Positions 1 to 1,271 of a stretch of 1,271 nucleotides of DNA are shown here, piece by piece (position 1 is the first letter of the stretch; each line of letters opens with the position of its first letter). The stretch is taken from the sequence record OR846114.1; one strand, written 5' to 3'. Both the position numbers and the translations under genes were made by a program. The notes under the pieces are model-generated. The model was not told where the DNA came from. It saw nothing but the letters and a program-made list of their open reading frames with translations, and ran no database searches. Origin of the DNA: a phage.

Positions 1-9
1 GCACGTAGC

Positions 10-60
10 TATCTTGTGCGGCAAGATAAAACAAGCGCTCTTCTGGGCGCTTGTTTGCTT
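10..60 (+). other. Two tandem hairpins; the second is followed by a T-rich tract (terminator-like, possibly bidirectional)
   Basis: Hairpin 1 is TATCTTG (10-16) / CAAGATA (22-28) with a 5-nt loop. Hairpin 2 is AACAAGCGC (30-38) / GCGCTTGTT (47-55) with an 8-nt loop, followed by TGCTT on the plus strand and preceded by AAA, which gives a T-tract on the minus strand. Seen directly in the sequence; function inferred. Confidence 0.3.
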
Positions 61-123
61 ATGGAGAGAGTCCACAGATGCTAATGCATAGCAGGTCGGT
101 CTCAGCACCGAAGAAATAACAAA

Positions 124-147
124 CCTCGCACTCGCGGGGATTTTTTT
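124..147 (+). terminator. Rho-independent terminator-like hairpin followed by a T7 tract
   Basis: Stem CCUCGC (124-129) pairs with GCGGGG (134-139), 6 bp including one G-U wobble, with tetraloop ACUC, then A followed by TTTTTTT (141-147). The G-U wobble becomes a C-A mismatch on the minus strand, so the plus strand is the likely functional orientation. Confidence 0.45.
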
Positions 148-177
148 CATATGAACTCGCTACGGCGGGTTTTTATT

Positions 178-181
178 GGAG
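178..181 (+). promoter_or_regulatory. Shine-Dalgarno-like GGAG for the 125-aa ORF
   Basis: GGAG lies 4 nt upstream of ATG 186 and 7 nt upstream of the in-frame ATG 189. The spacing favours 189 as the true start. Confidence 0.4.
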
Positions 182-185
182 ATAG

Positions 186-563
186 ATGATGGCAATGAAT
201 AAACGAGAAAAAGAACAACTTGAAAACGCTGTTCGCCTTATGGATATAAACCGATCGCTTAGATGGTCTGACTATGGAGCAGATCGCGATGTAGGCGTAC
301 CAGATAGCATCACCCAGTATGTTAACGGTTGGTCTATCAACACATATTCCTGCCGTGTATATAAATCATGGTCATCCACTGTATCTCATGGTGACGGATG
401 GGTTGAAAATGAAGAAAGACCCCGCTCCGCATCACAGAAAGGGATTGCGCAATACAGCACCAAAGAAAAGGCACTTAAAGCATTAAGGCATTGCATGGAA
501 ATGAAGTTTGCAGAAGCACTATACGAGATAGACCAGCAAATTCTCGCCACCGACGCGGAGTAA
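186..563 (+). CDS. Hypothetical protein, 125 aa, function unknown
   Basis: Open frame from ATG 186 to TAA 561-563, with alternative in-frame starts at 189 and 195; GGAG RBS at 178-181. Same strand as, and 96 bp upstream of, the excisionase-like gene. The translation is hydrophilic with predicted helical N- and C-terminal segments and a Trp/Tyr/Ser-rich middle. I see no Walker A, HExxH, CxxC pair or transmembrane segment, and I do not recognise the family. Confidence 0.6.
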   Translation: MMAMNKREKEQLENAVRLMDINRSLRWSDYGADRDVGVPDSITQYVNGWSINTYSCRVYKSWSSTVSHGDGWVENEERPRSASQKGIAQYSTKEKALKALRHCMEMKFAEALYEIDQQILATDAE

Positions 564-578
564 CAATGGAATCACACA

Positions 579-597
579 GCCTCATCGAGTGTGAGGC
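579..597 (+). other. Short hairpin in the spacer between the 125-aa ORF and the excisionase-like gene
   Basis: GCCTCA (579-584) / TGAGGC (592-597) with a 7-nt loop. There is no clear U-tract after it, so it is not called a terminator. Confidence 0.25.
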
Positions 598-646
598 CTG
601 TGCATTTCTCAAGATATCCCTTCCCTCCAAGTTCGATTCCCAAACC

Positions 647-650
647 GGAG
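647..650 (+). promoter_or_regulatory. Shine-Dalgarno-like GGAG for the excisionase-like gene
   Basis: GGAG lies 9 nt upstream of ATG 660. Confidence 0.4.
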
Positions 651-659
651 ATAAAACCT

Positions 660-863
660 ATGCGCGAATTACGCGATGACTCGCTTGTTGACTTGAAGTT
701 CATGATGGAGGATTCTGGAATGGGCAAGACCTTCATTTACTCAGAAATTAAGAAAGGCCGGTTGCCTGTCCCTCACAAAATCGGTAGCGCATCCAGATGG
801 GTTTATGCCGACTACCAAAACTGGAAACGCAGCCACTTCTCCCCTCTCCAAAATGCATCATGA
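660..863 (+). CDS. torI: AlpA/TorI-family winged-helix DNA-binding protein, probable prophage excisionase (recombination directionality factor), 67 aa
   Basis: Translation from ATG 660 is MRELRDDSLVDLKFMMEDSGMGKTFIYSEIKKGRLPVPHKIGSASRWVYADYQNWKRS... The block DSLVDLKF..GKTFIY..I..G.LP......RW.Y closely parallels E. coli KplE1 TorI as I recall it and the AlpA/Vis family signature. Size is typical for the family (about 65-70 aa). Stop TGA at 861-863. The GTG at 591 suggested by the ORF track would add a Pro-rich 23-aa extension with no RBS, so ATG 660 is preferred. The symbol is assigned by homology from memory and is unverified. Confidence 0.75.
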   Translation: MRELRDDSLVDLKFMMEDSGMGKTFIYSEIKKGRLPVPHKIGSASRWVYADYQNWKRSHFSPLQNAS

Positions 864-874
864 ATTGCCTTTGT

Positions 875-894
875 GGGCATAATTGCGGGCATAA
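875..894. repeat. Direct repeat GGGCATAA x2 with a 4-bp spacer (12-bp periodicity)
   Basis: GGGCATAA at 875-882 and again at 887-894, separated by TTGC, located between the excisionase stop and the att core. Seen directly; any role as a protein-binding site is inference. Confidence 0.3.
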
Positions 895-948
895 AACTCT
901 TCACTTCTGTAATTTCTTATAAATACCCTGCACTTACCATATTCATTA

Positions 949-968
949 GGTGTCTGCAGGGGACACCA
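949..968 (+). mobile_element. Candidate attR core: 3'-terminal fragment of a tRNA-Arg gene flanked by inverted repeats
   Basis: Positions 954-968, CTGCAGGGGACACCA, match from memory the last 15 nt of E. coli argW tRNA-Arg(CCU): T-stem 3' arm, acceptor 3' arm, discriminator A and CCA. Upstream sequence 894-953 has no T-loop, so this is a partial duplicate rather than a tRNA gene. GGTGTC (949-954) and GACACC (962-967) form 6-bp inverted repeats around the 7-bp TGCAGGG, which resembles core-type sites flanking an overlap region for a tyrosine integrase. Confidence 0.5.
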
Positions 969-1077
969 TTGATACCCAGGACATTCTCTTCTTGCTGCAT
1001 AGTCTTTCGAGCGGTTCCCCTTTCATGTTGCTTTTATTGCCCCTATGCAATATCACCGGACATGCCATACGTTCAGC

Positions 1078-1111
1078 AAAAAGTCGTCATCGGCCGGTTA
1101 TGACCGATGAC
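1078..1111 (-). terminator. Possible intrinsic terminator for the convergent outer-membrane protein gene
   Basis: On the minus strand, stem GTCATCGG (complement of 1104-1111) pairs with CCGATGAC (complement of 1086-1093) with a 10-nt loop, then GAC and TTTTT (complement of 1078-1082). It starts 14 nt downstream of the minus-strand stop codon. The stem is only about 50% GC. Confidence 0.35.
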
Positions 1112-1124
1112 ATCCCGATGTGGT

Positions 1125-1271
1125 CTAGAAGCGATACTGCAACCCCGCGGTAACCGTATAGTTATTATTAGCTATACCTGCGGCATCGCCACCAAAATAC
1201 GCCGTATCACCGCTGGTTTTATCTATGATTTGCGTACCGCCCTTACCTTCTTCATATTTACTGTAAGCGAA
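1125..1271 (-). CDS. Outer-membrane beta-barrel protein, C-terminal 48 codons plus stop (partial; 5' end outside the window), OmpX/Ail/Lom/OmpW-like terminus
   Basis: The minus-strand frame is open from 1271 down to stop TAG (complement of 1125-1127). The translated tail is [48 protein letters not shown]. The last 11 residues alternate hydrophobic and polar ([11 protein letters not shown]) and end in a terminal Phe, the classic final beta-strand signature of Gram-negative outer-membrane barrels (compare OmpX ...GVGYRF and OmpW ...AGYRF, recalled from memory). It is absent from the ORF track only because it has no start codon in the window. Confidence 0.6.

Larger units (their letters stand above)
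1..968. mobile_element. Right-end segment of a tRNA-Arg-integrated prophage or prophage remnant (KplE1/CPS-53-like), partial; left boundary lies outside the window
   Basis: An AlpA/TorI-family excisionase-like gene at 660-863 lies about 90 bp upstream of a 15-nt tRNA 3'-end-like segment ending in CCA (954-968) that has no tRNA body upstream of it. This is the expected layout of an attR junction. Inference from gene content and the att-like core. Confidence 0.5.

Noticed and set aside
148-185. Sigma-70 promoter for the 125-aa ORF
   Set aside because: The candidate hexamers (TTTCAT, TTTTAT) match consensus poorly and are badly spaced relative to the RBS. No promoter is called without transcript data.
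591-659. GTG 591 start giving a 90-aa version of the excisionase-like protein
   Set aside because: The extra 23 residues (MRPVHFSRYPFPPSSIPKPEIKP) are Pro-rich and absent from AlpA/TorI-family proteins, which are about 65-70 aa. GTG 591 lies inside a hairpin with no RBS, whereas ATG 660 has GGAG 9 nt upstream.
491-679. 62-aa ORF from the track overlapping the 3' end of the 125-aa ORF and the 5' end of the excisionase-like gene
   Set aside because: It lies out of frame across two better-supported genes and an intergenic hairpin, has no RBS and yields a translation with no recognisable features. Only its last 38 codons (from ATG 566) are kept as a low-interest note.
894-968. Possible intact tRNA gene ending at the CCA at 966-968
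   Set aside because: Only the last 15 nt are tRNA-like. The position where the T-loop should be reads TTAGGTG rather than a TTCGAAT-type loop, and no D-arm or anticodon arm can be folded. This is a 3' fragment, consistent with an att duplicate, not a tRNA gene.
873-1103. 76-aa plus-strand ORF from the track
   Set aside because: It is GTG-initiated, runs through the direct repeats, the att core and the pyrimidine-rich flank, and its translation is low-complexity (Cys/Pro/Leu/Ile-rich). It is most likely a chance open frame in skewed intergenic DNA.
950-1153. 67-aa plus-strand ORF from the track
   Set aside because: It is GTG-initiated inside the att core inverted repeat, has no RBS, and overlaps the stop codon and terminator of the convergent outer-membrane gene. 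Likely spurious.
1-1271. CRISPR array, rRNA or insertion-sequence terminal inverted repeats
   Set aside because: There are no regularly spaced repeats of 25-40 bp, no rRNA-like conserved segments, and no transposase reading frame or matching terminal inverted repeats in the window.

Overview
This 1,271-bp window reads best as the right end of a tRNA-integrated prophage or prophage remnant of the KplE1/CPS-53 type, followed by host DNA. All calls are by eye from the sequence; no searches were run. From left to right: a structured non-coding leader with hairpins and an intrinsic-terminator-like element (1-185); a 125-aa protein of unknown function (186-563, +); a 67-aa AlpA/TorI-family excisionase-like gene (660-863, +); an arm-like spacer with a short direct repeat (864-948); a candidate attR core at 949-968, where 954-968 (CTGCAGGGGACACCA) matches from memory the 3' end of E. 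coli tRNA-Arg(CCU) argW and sits between 6-bp inverted repeats; a pyrimidine-rich presumptive host flank with no credible ORF (969-1124); and the 3' end of a convergent outer-membrane beta-barrel gene on the minus strand (1125-1271, running off the window). No CRISPR array, rRNA or intact tRNA gene is present. The only candidate for something undescribed is the 125-aa ORF, whose function I cannot assign.
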